The notes under the pieces were generated by a model, which had not been told where the DNA came from, did not search any database, and was given only the letters and a program-made list of their open reading frames with translations. Position numbers and translations under genes: made by a program. 51,660 nt of DNA, from NCBI RefSeq assembly GCF_000002075.1, contig NW_004797311.1:1581517-1633176 (forward strand), in the 5' to 3' direction. This DNA is from Aplysia californica. Taxonomy: Eukaryota. Positions 11,872 to 25,675 of the stretch are shown here, piece by piece. Every line of letters begins with the position of its first letter. Position 1 is the stretch's first letter.

Positions 11872-12762
11872 CAGAAGTCTCTGCCAAGGATCCTGGTGCT
11901 TGGGAGCAAGAAAAATGCAGGATCTTTTAATTAAACTAACGGGATCTTAGCCATAGTAAGAGTAAGAGACTCATGGTCAGGTCCACAATCGGTCAAATGG
12001 ACTCCTCTTAGTCTTACTCGGAAATGAACTGAGTGGGTTTATAATTTATGGCAAGAAAAAAGTGCTCAACTTTGATGACCGATCACAGTGGCATGAGGCA
12101 TGCAATTTGCACTCATCCTATCGTGAGTTTCAAGATATACTTCTACACTATTGCTCCTCCCCTTTACCTGTCCGACATTTATAGCTTTCCATCCCACTTT
12201 TGTTGCAATGCACCATTGGGTTGTGACCACACCAACTTCAGTCTGTTTAGCAAATTGGGGTGCTGCTGCAATGGACAGGGATACAAAAGCAGCGAAGAAT
12301 TCACAGTTCGATGTGATCCCGTCTGATGCGGACTTGTAAGTCCTACCAACCCAGCTTGTGATGTAAGTTCAGGTGGAGAACTCAGTTGCAAGTGCAGTGT
12401 TTGGGAAAACAACCTATCAATAAGTTCATACCTCAGTGTGACCCGTTTGGGGCAAACATTGTACCATTTCATCGAGATTTTAACAACACAGCCGTGATCA
12501 CTTTCACCACAGCAGATGATCTGTGATGCAACACGCAGTATAATGACTGCAAATTTTACTGCTAGGTAAATCAGCTACGCCAGCCCTGGATTTTGTTCAA
12601 TAAATTATTATCTGAAATGCAGAATCTAAGCCGATGTCGGCCTTCAGAGCAGAATCTTAGGGGTGACTTTAGTGTAGAAAAACATCTGTCTTCTTAAAGC
12701 AGCGAGATCTTAATTAAGCGAACCGGGATCTTAAGCGATGGGATATTAGGTTGGGACCACTG
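11872..12762 (+). mobile_element. MITE family A, copy 2 (diverged)
   Basis: TA-CAGAAGTCTCTGCCAAGGATCC ... GGATATTAGGTTGGGACCACTG-TA; shares internal GGGGCAAACATTGTA with copy 1. Confidence 0.8.
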
Positions 12763-14503
12763 TAGTATGCAACTTTGGATGAAGCAGTAAACACATTTGT
12801 GCCGTCCACTCAACCCTTTCTTGAACTTGAACCCAAGTTTTTTTCGACTGAAACATTTCATCCTCTCAGCTAGACTTGTACTTTCAAACTGCAAGTTTGC
12901 AAGTTGACTCTATGCTACATAAAAGAATATAATGAAATAAGTACAGACTAGATCACTGTCGTCATTGAATTCAGTTTATTTGATCACCCACTCTAGAAAA
13001 AATTAATTAGGGTCATCTACGATTTCATTTGTATTTTGCATAAAATGCAACGAAGACAGACAAAAATAACACAGATGATATTACGTTCAAGTCGTGAGGA
13101 AAAGGTAAAACATGAATTCGCTTCTATAGATGAAGGCAGTTTTGAAAACTTTGTACAGACAGATATTTACTATAAATAATCATAAAGGACGGGAAAACGC
13201 CAGTTAACTTCTTACATTTACAGCTTTCAAAAAACTTGTAGCATAAAATCTCTGATAAGACAACATCAAACACTTGTATTAGTCACTGAAAACTAATGTC
13301 AGATCTTGGATTAATTTCATGGGCAACTAAAATCTAAAGGTATTCATTGGGTTCCCAGTAGCTCAACAGGTATGATATTTACCTGATAATCAGGCGATCT
13401 GGAGTCCAATCCTCACCTGTAAGATGCAATGTAGTGCTATCACTAATCTGACCCCCAATGTGAAACTGGATCTGACTTTCCAGTTAATCAATTCTGAACT
13501 GAACGGGGAGTTCCAAGTCTACTATTACCTACCAGTAATTTTCAATGGATTTCTGGGACAAAATCACAGGTTATCACAATAACCATACATCTTAGAAACC
13601 TCATAAGGTAAGCATTCCTAAAATAGGGCATTGAAACTCACTTCAAGCTTTTGCTTTGAAATCATCTTTCATGTTACTCATTTCGTTGACGTCGCGCACA
13701 AATCTTCTAAGCGACAAAATTTTCAAAATTTACTTTTATGGCTTATAAGATTCTGTATAACATACAGTACGTCCCAGTCAAACTCAAACCATATTTCACA
13801 CACACACACACGCACGCACACACAGACAAATACACACAAGCCGTCATTAATGATTCACTCAAGAATGAAACCACCAAAGTGACATGAACTGACGACAACC
13901 AAACTCAGATCCGTCGTGCACGGACCTCGTATGCGACACGCCTGGCGCTTACTGGGTCTGTGACGTGTGCATGACGATAAACTTGAGCAGAAACCACGTA
14001 AGTCCTTTTCTTTGCAATTATTCATTTTACTACTCAAACAACATGTGGGAAGATAAAGAATCATATTTTATATGTAAAAGTTGAAAAGTTTTCTAAAATA
14101 TTAAGAAATAAAGGAAATAATCCTTTTTTGCTTCTCCTGCAAAAATTTTTTGGAGGCGCTTTGGGGGTTTGTGCACGACGGCAACAATTTTTTTAATGCA
14201 CATCATTTCTTGTTACAGTACGTACACTTTAGAGACTTAAATTCATACAATATGATTATACAGACATTATTGGAGAAAAAAAATTGAATTGCAGCTCTTT
14301 CAATTGGCACAAAAATGCATTTATAAATATATCTTTCCATTAAAACATCAATATCCAATTCCAATGTTCCCCTTTCATTGTATTAAAATCACAAACTCTT
14401 TCCAATTTTCAACAAAGCTTTCTTTAATTAAAAGGAAAACCCACAAAAAGAAACAAATTTGTTTAACTCTTAAGTAGTAAACACTGCCATTGGACTATTG
14501 AAA

Positions 14504-14740
14504 ATCATCATCATCATCCGGTGCCTTGCCGACTGGTGTGGGCGATCATGGACCTCCACTTCCATCTGTCTTTCGATGCAGCAATGGTGTCTGTTGTTCT
14601 TGCTGCTCCCAGCCATGTTGTCATCTTGTCAAGTATCTTTTCCCTCTGTCTGCCTCTGCCTCTCTTTCCATCAAACTTTCCTGTTGTTACAATATTCTCT
14701 AATGCTTCTTTCCGCATTGTGTACTATTGAATAAGCCCCT
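14504..14740 (-). mobile_element. RTE-clade LINE 3' end
   Basis: RKEALENIVTTGKFDGKRGRGRQREKILD..W..KDRWKWRSMI followed by a (TGA)n tail. Confidence 0.85.
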
Positions 14741-15561
14741 GCTTTGAACATTACTATTGTTTTCCTTGCAATGTGCTGGTTTTGAGAGGTAATAAACAGC
14801 AAACAGTAAGAAGCATATATATCTCAATAGTCAAGCACAGAAAATGAAATTTCATTTGAATCCAATTTGTTAGAAATTTGAAAATATCAATNNNNNNNNN
14901 NNNNNNNNNNNNNNNNNNNNNNNNNNNNNNNNNNNNNNNNNNNNNNNNNNNNNNNNNNNNNNNNNNNNNNNNNNNNNNNNNNNNNNNNNNNNNNNNNNNN
15001 NNNNNNNNNNNNNNNNNNNNNNNNNNNNNNNNNNNNNNNNNNNNNNNNNNNNNNNNNNNNNNNNNNNNNNNNNNNNNNNNNNNNNNNNNNNNNNNNNNNN
15101 NNNNNNNNNNAATAACTTATTTATTTCAGGTGTTACTTGTTACAGCAACAAGTAAGAAAAAGATGGGGGAAAAAAGCCAACAGTATGGAATAAAACATAG
15201 CAACAGTAACAACATGAAAATAAACAAAAAAGAAACAGATAAATTGATGAAATCAATTATGAAAATTCAGAGGACATTTAGGGTATGTAATTGTTACAAT
15301 AACTCTTTAAAAAAAAAAAGAAATACATATTACCCCAAGTAACACAGCCATGAAAAACTGAATGACTACCTCCTCTCCTAACCCATCCCTGCCTTTCCTA
15401 GCCCCCAAACTAGGTTGAGCTATCCATGTTCACAATACATTGCTTATTTATTGACTGTTCCTAGTAGCACTAACATATCAGTAAGAAGAAATCACCAATT
15501 AAAGTTTCAAAAGTAAAGATTCTTGTATCAATAGGCCAAGCCACTTCACAGGTTTTTATTA

Positions 15562-15634
15562 TTATGAACTCTGCTTTTCCGTCATGGTGAACAAGACCTT
15601 ATTGCAGCTGGTGCTCTTGGTACCTGTGCTTGAA
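15562..15634 (-). CDS. Candidate terminal exon of the C2H2 ZNF gene
   Basis: Strong acceptor CTTTTGCCTTTATTCTCAG; read in phase 2 gives DSSTGTKSTSCNKVLFTMTEKQSS*; AATAAA just after the stop. It could instead be 3' UTR. Confidence 0.4.
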
Positions 15635-17204
15635 CTGAGAATAAAGGCAAAAGAAAATGGGAGTATAAGCCTACGGAGAGAATAAAATTGTCTTAAAGGA
15701 ATCAACCACCTAAATGGAGAAGAGCTGCACATTGACAAAATAACTATCATTTAGTTTAGCACTTGGGGGTAAGACAGATATATATACAGAAGCAACAGAA
15801 TGAAAGGAAAAGAAGTCAACATTTGTAGATTGTTAGGAGAAACTTCACAATCAAATGTTATCCCAATTTGCTGAGCATTTACTGAATTTGCTCAGTGGCA
15901 CAGTAAGTCCGTGTACTTGGTCACAGAGAACAGCTTTGGGATTAAACCCAACTGTGGGTATACTTTATTTCTTGCAAGGAATATGTTTTTCATCTCTTAT
16001 TATTAGCCCATATTTCAATAATCTTATCCAAATGTCCTGAATAGTCTTTGGTTGTGCCATACATAATTTACCTCAGATAAAAATTTATACTGTAGAATCA
16101 CTTGTCCAATTTTGAATCAGTTTATGATTAGTTTTTGCATGGCCTCATTGAAAGCAAAAACACCAGTAGCTAAACATCAGGGCAATCTCTTTCTGCAATT
16201 TTCCCAAACTGTCATTTTCATCTGCACTTTTCCTACATTGTCATTTTTATCCACTGCCAATTTTCCTGATGTTTGTGTTCACAACAGATAACAGTGCATA
16301 ACAGCTCACATGACTTTTCAATCAGTTTTCATTTTACACAATCCTCCTGTAACATACAAATATAATAATGTATTTACAAGATGAGATTGAATTCTCTCTT
16401 GCTTTTCCAAAATTTTGAAAAAGAACTGGGGAGAACTGAGTTCCCTTGTACTACATTGTTAAACATGGACCATGGATGTTATTTGTTTTGTGATTTCCAG
16501 CAAAGCTTGCAAAACAAATTGGCTAAACAAAATGGCTAAAAACTTAGCTTAAGGGAACTTGACACTAAAGTTGCCCCCCCCCCCCCAAATAAATGAGAGT
16601 GGGATAAAGGTTGCTATAGATCTAGTTATGAAGTATAAATAAACAACTAAAGACCCGTTTTACAGCCTTTCAGACCGCGGGTACCGTAGGTGTTTCTTTG
16701 TTATTGTTACAGCCAAAACGTGGTCCTTGTCTCACCATGAGAGGTTTGGAGGAAAGGGGGATGGGGAAGGGGGGTTGGCGTGTGATGCAGACCACACCGC
16801 ATGACTGGCTCGCCACACTTGCATTCATGCTGTGGGACACACACGATGCAGATGGCAAGAGGCATAACTTTCTGTGAGCCAATGAAATGAGAGGAAAGGA
16901 ATGACGTAAGAGTTGGCGGTGCACATGTGAGATTTTCTGTTTTCCACTTGCAACTTTCATTCATCTTCCTACTTTTACACCGTCAACATGTTCATCAAAG
17001 GAGCTAACCACGTTAATAGTTTTAATGTTCCTTTTTTAAATCTCCCTTGATTTTCTCTCTATTTCTTTCTATTTAGGGCTTTCACAGACATGACGAATTA
17101 CGGAAATCTCGACATTATTTCCAATCCCCGACGAATTCGAGTTACCCGTGTTTGACTGTAGAGGGATTTGTTTGTCATGTTGACACATCCATAAAAAAAA
17201 AGTA

Positions 17205-17942
17205 CAGCCTCATGGTAAAAAAGTTGGGAGCAAGGAAAAAGCGGGATCTTAGGTGAACCGGGATCTTAGCTGAATGGCCAGGGGAAGGATCCACAGTAAC
17301 TCAGGGTCAGGCCCATAATCTGTACAATGATCTTCCCTTACTTTAAAATGAACTGACGTGACTCTGGGCACTAAAAATTCTTTCAGAAATCAGTTTTTCC
17401 TTTTTTTTTTGGTTTGGGGGTGGGGCTTTTTAAAAAATACTGCGTCAGGTGGGAACCAGTTGGCTTCAAGCAATGCCCCTCCACCATAAATGTATTGCTT
17501 TCCATCTCAAACGGAGTTCCCCGCCCATGTCATGATGCATCATAAATCATTGTTGTGACCACACTGACCAAATTTTAAAAAAATGAAAGGCAGGTTCACT
17601 GCCAACAGATGACCCTATTATGCAGAGGTGATCAGTATGGGCGCCAGTCTGTCTAGGAAGTTAGAGCGCAAAACTAAAAAACGAGACAAGATCTATGTTC
17701 GGGAAAACGTAAGCGTCCACGAGTTCATAGTTTGATGGAATGGAGTCTGACACGCCCAGCTTTCTGATTTTTTTCCCCCTTAAAATTATGACCTTAAAAG
17801 CGGGATCTTAGCCGAATGTAGCTCCTTCAGTGCGGGATCTTAGGGGTGATTTTTATAGAGTAAAAATTCCATTTTTCCCAAAACAGCGGGATGTTAGGCG
17901 AACTGGGACGATAAGTGGTGGGATCTTAGGTGGAGACTACTG
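17205..17942 (+). mobile_element. MITE family A, copy 3 (left end damaged, internal deletion)
   Basis: Colinear with 4220-4750 and 5030-5168; ends GGATCTTAGGTGGAGACTACTG-TA. Confidence 0.85.
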
Positions 17943-18050
17943 TATTTCCTTTTCTAAGTTAATGCACAACAAATTTTAAAAAACGACAAGTGAACCTATA
18001 AGCCATGAAAAATACCACTTCCAAAGCATGTACAATCACACACAACTCAC

Positions 18051-18216
18051 TCTGTTTCTTGTAGCTTCTGGTGTACTGTCCTTAAGATGATATCTTTATG
18101 CGAAGCTTTCATATGACGAATAAGTGTTGTCTCACAGGCGTATTTTCTATCACAATGTCCACATGTCAACTGGGAGTTTGGTCGATGGGCTCTTCGCACA
18201 TGGCGGTTTAGATCCC
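18051..18216 (-). CDS. C2H2 ZNF gene, coding exon 4 (end of finger 5, finger 6)
   Basis: caag| acceptor, |gtgagt donor; GDLNRHVRRAHRPNSQLTCGHCDRKYACETTLIRHMKASH; phase continuous with exon 3. Confidence 0.93.
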
Positions 18217-18873
18217 CTTGAAAACAAAAAAATGTTCATGTATTAAAGTTAAAGAGAACGACAAAACTTGACAGCTGCTGTTAATAATGATAACATTTTA
18301 ACACAGAGGCATTTTATTAATAATACCATTTGTATTCCCGCTCAAACCATCAACCTAATGTTCCCATCTCCATCTAATATATTTTTACATATATTTTGAA
18401 AATAAGGATCACTTGAATTGAACTTTATAAGAGAAGACAATAAAAACAGCTTGCCTCCATATCTTTTTAGTAAAAGTTTTCAACAGTTTATCAAGTTTAT
18501 AAATACTCCCTTAAGCCTTAAGCTTGCACCATCCATTACCTCAACCTCAGAACAGAAGCGCTCATTAAAAAAACAAGTAATTTCCATTCAAAGTTCAATG
18601 AATCAATGAGATTATTGTTACAGCCCCATCAGCATGCTTTTCATTACATGATGGGGGGGGGGAGAGTCAGTTCATAAGAGTGCTGAGAGGCTTGATGTTA
18701 GATGATATATTACAACGTGTTTAATTTTTAAAAACCCACAGCAAACAAACCAAGGACATTTGACTAAAATAATGTCAAATAGTGCAGAGTATAAAGCAAG
18801 TTCAGTTGTCACTCCAAGTCAGTCAACCTGGATATCAAAGTCGAACACTATTTCAACACAGAGGCACAATATA

Positions 18874-19706
18874 CGGTCGAACTTGTGTAAGACAGCCACC
18901 CATTGTCAAGGAGAAAAGTGGCCGTATAAGACAGGTGGCCGTCTTAGGCAGGACTGACCAAGATGAAGAAAACAAACCATTCCATTCTGAGGTCCCAACC
19001 GAAGGTAGCCGCATTGTTGTTGTTGTTGTTGTTGTTGTAAAATGTCATTTCCGCTGGGTTTTTCTTTTTCTTTTTTTTTTCTTTTGTTGCTGCTTTTGTG
19101 CAAGGGTGACAATAAAACGAAATGTGTCAGACAAGGAGGACCGAGTGCTATGGTAAAACAAACATATGGGTCGCCATCACTCGGAGAACGAGCAACGCTT
19201 CTGTCACAAGTTCACATTGACATCCATTGTTACTTTGTTACAGACTGGGTAAACAGTGACCACTCCTCTCACTTACGATTTTAATGAGTTCTGGGTGGGG
19301 CGTCTGGGTTATGAAGGATCACACGATTACCTCACCAGCGGCTGAAAATTTGTTACCTTTAGGTCAACAGTGGGAGGGGCCTACGCAACATGATCGGTTG
19401 GAAGGACTAGACCTACCTAACACAAACAGGTGATTGGATTATGACGGCTCGCCTAGAACGCCAGGGGCCAATGCACAGTTTATGACAAAACGTAATGGAG
19501 TCATTAAGGTGGCCGTCTAAGACAGGTGTTATTACTTGGTGTGATAGGAGTTGTGTGTTAAAATGTGGTGGCCGCGGCCGCGTTGGACAGGTGCTCGTTT
19601 TACACAGTTAAATTATATAGAAAAAAACGCAAGGGGGGGAAATGGAAAGTGGCCGTTTGTACAGGTGGCTGTCTTAGAGAGGTGGTCGTCAGGGCAGGTT
19701 CGACTA
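18874..19706 (+). mobile_element. MITE family C (pogo/Tigger-like CAGTCGAACC termini), longest copy
   Basis: TA-CGGTCGAACTTGTGTAAGACAGCCACC ... GGTGGTCGTCAGGGCAGGTTCGACTA-TA; subterminal GGTGGCCGTC repeats. Confidence 0.8.
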
Positions 19707-21014
19707 TATATTAGCATCACAATATATATCAGCAGCATTTAAGATCATACAAGTGCCAACCCAAAATCCACATATAGCTATACTCCTTGATATAAGTGAG
19801 CATACATATATACTGAACAGGTTTAAAAACACATTGTGCTCATGGAAACAGACTTAAATGATGATGGTTCTTTTCTCCATTCCGAACCAAGCCCCATGAT
19901 AAAATCATTTCATATGTAGATTAATTAATTGAAGCAAAGAGACCAGATTGAGAAACAAATCTCACTTTCATGAGCGGCCAAGTGAAAAAATCAAACACTC
20001 AAAGTATGTTCTGCTACTATCATCTACTCCTAATAGATCTTATGAGATTAAAGTACAGTAAACTGAAGAAATTAAACACCTTATGTTTTTGTGGAAGGAC
20101 AGCTACCAACCGGAATATTATATATAAATACCATTTGAGGCACTCAGACACTGACAAAGCTAATTCCAAAGATGTTCATTATAGTCTATGCCTGGTGAAA
20201 AGACAGGCCAGTAAATAAGATTGATTCGACATTGATGAATACAGAATAAAATTCCAATGAGGAATGAGCAGTATTGTCTGTGACATTATCCCATTTCAAG
20301 ATTTTAAAATGATCTGCTGAGGCTGAAAAAATTAAGTTAGGAAGGTCTGTGTATTCTTTAACCCTTGGAAAACAAAAACTGGGTTCAATTTTTAAGCTGA
20401 TTGCCCTACGCACGCATGCTTTCTCCTCCTTGTCAGTTATGATGCATAACATTAACATTGGCATCAGTAGAAAGTTCTCTAGATCTCATCCAGATCCATA
20501 TATAGCCGATCATAAAATTGAGACAAATTGAACCTGAGAGCAAGGAAGAGTTACTATGGCATTAGATATTCCAGAATGCTGACTTAAGCATATTAAGTGG
20601 AGCTGTGGGCAATTATTAGCCCAATACTTACAAGACAGTGACAGCAAAAAAGAAGGCCCACCTTGCACAATAGGAAAGGGTTTTAGAACAGAGCACCTCC
20701 TTTTTTATAAGTGTCACTATCATTATGTGCGAATCCAAACCAGTTGCATTGATGTGTCGATACAATATAATGGCACTGTTGAGTCTTCATAGTTACGCAT
20801 TGTTGACCTCTATGCCTCTCTGTGGTCAGTTATCAGCATCGAAATAGCAGCTTTGAAAAGTCTGAATGCTCTGTTATAGTTAGGGTCAGCCAGTTACATT
20901 TCCGTGTTTTCTCAGCAACGTAAAGAAAGTGATTACAATCTGATGTTGTTTATAAAAACGTAAGCTACACAGCTTAACTGATATTTATAAATCTTTACAG
21001 CCTCAGGTGTTTAA

Positions 21015-21205
21015 AAAAGAAATGTTTTACATCCCTATCAACAAAATCTAAATGATTTAAAAGGCGGGCTTCGACCCTGCAAGTCACAGCCAACCCAGGC
21101 TGAGAGGGATACAATGTGCCAGCAGAAAGACCAACATAATCTTCATAATAATTTATCATAAAAATCCAACTCAGGTCTTCTGTGTGCCTAATTGCTACAC
21201 CACAA
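21015..21205 (-). mobile_element. tRNA-derived SINE, second copy
   Basis: Aligns by eye with 7730-7930 (GACCCTGCA..GCCAACCCA..GATACAA..AGCAGAAAGACC). Confidence 0.65.
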
Positions 21206-21596
21206 AAGGTTTCCAGACGATGCAGAAACCCTCTTGATTTAGTGTTCAGGGATTAATTGACCACCTCTTATTGCAAACAGCACAGACGAACTTTAATGAG
21301 GACTCTTCAATAGTATGTATCAGTTACAAAAACACTCGTGAAAAATTGGATGTCAGCAATTTTGCATCAACAGCATCTTTCAATATTCAGAAGTGTTGCG
21401 TCTTTACATGCATTATACAAAAACTATAAACATTTGTAAAAGCATACTCATTTCTAAAGAAAAATGATTTTAGTTGACTTTTTTTCGCAGACTTTCCACA
21501 AAAAAATCTAATACAGTTATAATTATAGCTTGGAAGATCTATGGGAAAGGGATCTCAAGGTCTGAGAGAAGAAAAAGTACGTTCCTAATCTATTAC

Positions 21597-21695
21597 CTGT
21601 CTGAAAAAACTTTTTATCACAGGATGAACACTTGAACGCTCGATCTTTGTTGTGGAATCTCATGTGCACTACCAGGTCACTGCGACGAACATAAC
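21597..21695 (-). CDS. C2H2 ZNF gene, coding exon 3
   Basis: 99 nt, phase 1-1, AG/GT boundaries; GYVRRSDLVVHMRFHNKDRAFKCSSCDKKFFQTG. Confidence 0.95.
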
Positions 21696-22509
21696 CTTCA
21701 AGGAGAAAAAAAAAGTCAAAACAAGTGAACATGAAATCTAATTAAAATCATGTTCCTTAGAAGTTTAAGAAAGCACAGATTACTGACTAGCAGTGCTGTT
21801 CTTTCAAAACATGAGATGTAATTCTCCACCTCAACTACTCAATCTTGTGCTTTACATCCACACCAGAAGATCACAATCATACTGTTCCAATTTTATTTCA
21901 ATTTTGATACCACTAGTTTACAAGAGAGGGAGAAAGCATTTAAGTTTTCAGACTCATCAGTTTGCAATGCCCTCTCTCAAAGAAGAAAGAAATNNNNNNN
22001 NNNNNNNNNNNNNNNNNNNNNNNNNNNNNNNNNNNNNNNNNNNNNNNNNNNNNNNNNNNNNNNNNNNNNNNNNNNNNNNNNNNNNNNNNNNNNNNNNNNN
22101 NNNNNNNNNNNNNNNNNNNNNNNNNNNNNNNNNNNNNNNNNNNNNNNNNNNNNNGAGATGGTGAGAGAGAAAGAAAGAAAGGAAACATGCAATCTTTAAG
22201 AACTAATTACCAGTTATTACTATAAAGTAGCTGGAATATACCCTCAGAGAGAAGTACTGCATCAAATCAGCCTAGTGACCAAACTTTATTCTCCTCCTAC
22301 CTCTCTCAATTCGGTAATTGTTGTTGAGACATGTTTTGTTGACTTGTGGTCTCAGCAATAAAGATTAAAAACCGTTGTATGTTGCATGGACACTGGGCTT
22401 TGTAGGGCAGTGGTAATGAGAATGATGACAATGATGACAATAATGACAATGATAATGATCATCATCATGACAATAACACTAGGAGCTATATATAACAGAA
22501 ATAATGTAC

Positions 22510-22630
22510 CTTTGCCACATTTTTCACATCGATAGGGTTCTTGCTTGGCATGAATAAGTAAATGTCTCTTGAGGTCACATCGTTGAAGAAACTCCCGTCC
22601 ACAGACATCACAATTGTACACATTCTGAGT
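22510..22630 (-). CDS. C2H2 ZNF gene, coding exon 2
   Basis: 121 nt, AG/GT boundaries; TQNVYNCDVCGREFLQRCDLKRHLLIHAKQEPYRCEKCGKG. Confidence 0.95.
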
Positions 22631-23422
22631 CTAGAAAGAAAATTAGATACAAACACAGACAGGTTTAATTCAAAGCAATCTGTAAAATTTACAGCAAATT
22701 ACCATTCCACTATATAGGTGATGAGAGGAGGCGACTGGTGGCATCTACATGCAGTCAAACCTGTCAAAGACGGAATCGCAAAGGAGCCAGAAAAAAATTG
22801 TCCTAGACATTCTCCGTCTTGGACAGGGGAATTTCAGGTAGAGGTGGGGTTTCAGAGCGTTATAACGGTCACCTATCCGGTTACATGCAGTGGTCAAAAC
22901 TTCAAGCCTTCCAATTGCTATCATAACTTCTCTGATAATGGCATGCTTACTTATCCATTGCCACCAGTGCTTGCATCTCATTGGACCACTGTTTGACAAA
23001 TTAAAAACAGAAACAGTTGAACATCTCTAATGTTTCCACCCTTAGCTCCTCCCATCGATCAATGCCTCTCTTGAAAAAAAGTCAACTAAAAATTGAGTTA
23101 CACATTCTAATAACAAAGGAAATGATTGATTTGTATTAAAATATTCCACGAAAAACGGTTTTGCTTCCATTCTCATAGAAATTGAAAATTTTGACTTGAT
23201 GCCAAATAGGCAGAAATGTTACTTTTATGTTCTAGTACCAAAAAAATTAGGCTGTTGTCTTCCACTCAAGAAATGAAGACTGACACAAAATTTTGTACTG
23301 TCTCCAGATCAGACATTTATACGGTATTATCTAGATTAGGGCACATGATCCAACATTCACTTGTCTTTTTACTCCATTTTCTTACAGAAGTGTACATGAT
23401 ATGGTTACAACATTTGGCTCAC

Positions 23423-25675
23423 CTCTGATTGTAGATTATGTATTTTTCTGTGTCTTGTGAAATTTCCCATTCTTGTAAAAGAAGCATTACACAGGTCACA
23501 TTTGAAAGTTTTTTTGTGAGTTCTCTCATGCTTGGTGAGTTCCATTTTCGATTTAAAAGTTTCCTCACAGTTGACACAAGGAAACAAGCAGGGGGCCTCA
23601 ACTGCATCTTCTACCGCTGGCTCCTCTGAACTAATGGCATCTTGTGCATTGCACTGGTTTGAGTAGATTTCAGAACACGACACAGGCTGGAGGAAAGGTT
23701 CTGCATTACCTGTAGAAGCCTCTTCCGTCATTATCACAGTGGCTGGAATGTTTGAAGAGTGAGCTGAAGGTGTGACATTCACAAGTGTGGCATGAGAAGC
23801 GTCTGAGCCTTCTGATTCTGAGTTAGAAGTCAGGTTACTGGGATGGAAGAAAACAGCGTTGGTGCCCAGAACAATGTCAGTTTGAGTTTCCTTGGCCGAC
23901 ACTTGTACTGGCTGGGCCTCACCTACTGTGACAGCAGACGCTACAGCTTGCTGACTACCTGGCATGATGAAGGCATTGTTGTACTGTCCCATTTGCAGCA
24001 AGCCAGAGATATCAAGAAGGTCTCCAGACAAACACCTCAGCATGGGCACCTGACCATCACCATAGCTTAAGAAAACATCATTAACAGAGTTGTTGGTAGA
24101 ACTATTCAAAACAATAGACAAGGGAATCCTCGATAGATTTGGTAATTGAGAACCACCCATACTAGCACTTTGAACAAACGATTTACTATCTGTCGAGGCA
24201 TTGTCACTCACATGAGAAGATGACTCAGGTGTACTGGCAGAGAGTGTTGACAAAGTTTTGAAGCTAAATCCCTCTGAGAGTCTGTCAGGCTCCTCTGGTT
24301 GCTTTGACTTCTCTTCCTCTGAAAGAATAAGTGTTTCCTCCGATGCAATCAATTGAGAGGCCCTAGAAGATGATGGCTTGTCAGTTTCCAGAATTACAGT
24401 ATCACTTCTAGTCAAACTATCTTGTTTAACATCTTCATTGTCAGTGAGCTCTGTGTCAGTATCATTTTTATCCTCTACTGCTGTTTGAAGCTGCTGATTA
24501 CTTGTCTCTTCTTGAGATGAACTTTGGAAATCCATCAAAACTAGTGGTAGTTTATCACAATTGTCATATTTGCTCCCCATATTACTTTTCTCCTGTGGTG
24601 GAACACCTGCTGCTGTATCTGCAGGGACTGATGAAGCTGGTGCTTTTGCTTGCTTCACAAGGAGAAAAACAGATTGTGGAATCCTGTGACCACCCAAGAC
24701 AGCCACCCCTGCATTTGCCAAAGTGCTAGAGGAGAGCAGTGTGTTGGGCGGGGAGATCTTGTCACAGGCTGAGATTGTACCAATTGCATTGATAACCTTG
24801 GCATTGTTCGCTGATGGATTGAATACACTTACAGAAGGTATACTTTCCAGAGATACACTTCTGTCTGAGATATCAGATAACAAACTAAAGGGTTTGTCTA
24901 TAGAAAAAAGTGACTTCTCTTTGGATAAAATTGTTTTTGTAATACTGTCTTCAGAGAGCACTGACACTGAGTTAATAGAGAGAGCATCTGATGGCAGCGA
25001 TAAAGCTGAACTAAGTAGTAAAGTGTCAGATGACATGAGAGCAGGTTTACAAGAAGCCTCAGAGTCTGTGCCCACCAAGTCTGCTTTCCCTTCAATATCC
25101 ATGACCTCACTGACCGGTACATTTTCAGACAGCCTTTGTTTCCTATCACCAACACTACAAGACGTGAAAGAGTTTTGGCTGCTCAAGCACAGCAGGGGTG
25201 TAGACGTCACAGTATCAGGATTCCTACCGCCTAGATCTTGTTGAATCAGTAAAGGAAGGACACCCTGAAAATTACTTCCTCCATACTCAGCTGATACACT
25301 GGCTTCTTGAGACAAAGTATTGTCATTTGGCCTGTGTATAAAAGCCGTAGGCAGTATATTTGCAGCATTTATATTTCCTAGTATGATGGGATGATTAACA
25401 CTATGGATTATATGTGAAGGATCAGAAACCTTGACCTGAACAGAGTTTTCTTCTCCAGAGGGACGAACTGCATGAACAGAGGCCTGCCTACTGCTAGGAA
25501 TTGAGGTCATGTTGACTTCAGGATCATCTGGAATTTGCAATGAATTCGCTGGGTTAGCAATCATATCTGTACTGTCATAATTCTCTGAGACACTGATGGT
25601 AGGCGCTGAAGTCAGTAAACAAGCCGTCTCAAGTTGACCAACAGATAAATCTTGTTCTGGACCTTGATTATCCAT
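23423..25675 (-). CDS. C2H2 ZNF gene, coding exon 1 (751 codons: Ser/acidic low-complexity region plus fingers 1-2)
   Basis: Long ORF from ATG (MDNQGPEQ...) to a GAG|gtgagc donor; fingers CVNCEETFKSKMELTKHERTH and CDLCNASFTRMGNFTRHRKIH; probable exon acceptor at 25841. Confidence 0.93.

Noticed and set aside
24723-25244. 173-aa + strand ORF
   Set aside because: Antisense shadow of the large ZNF exon.
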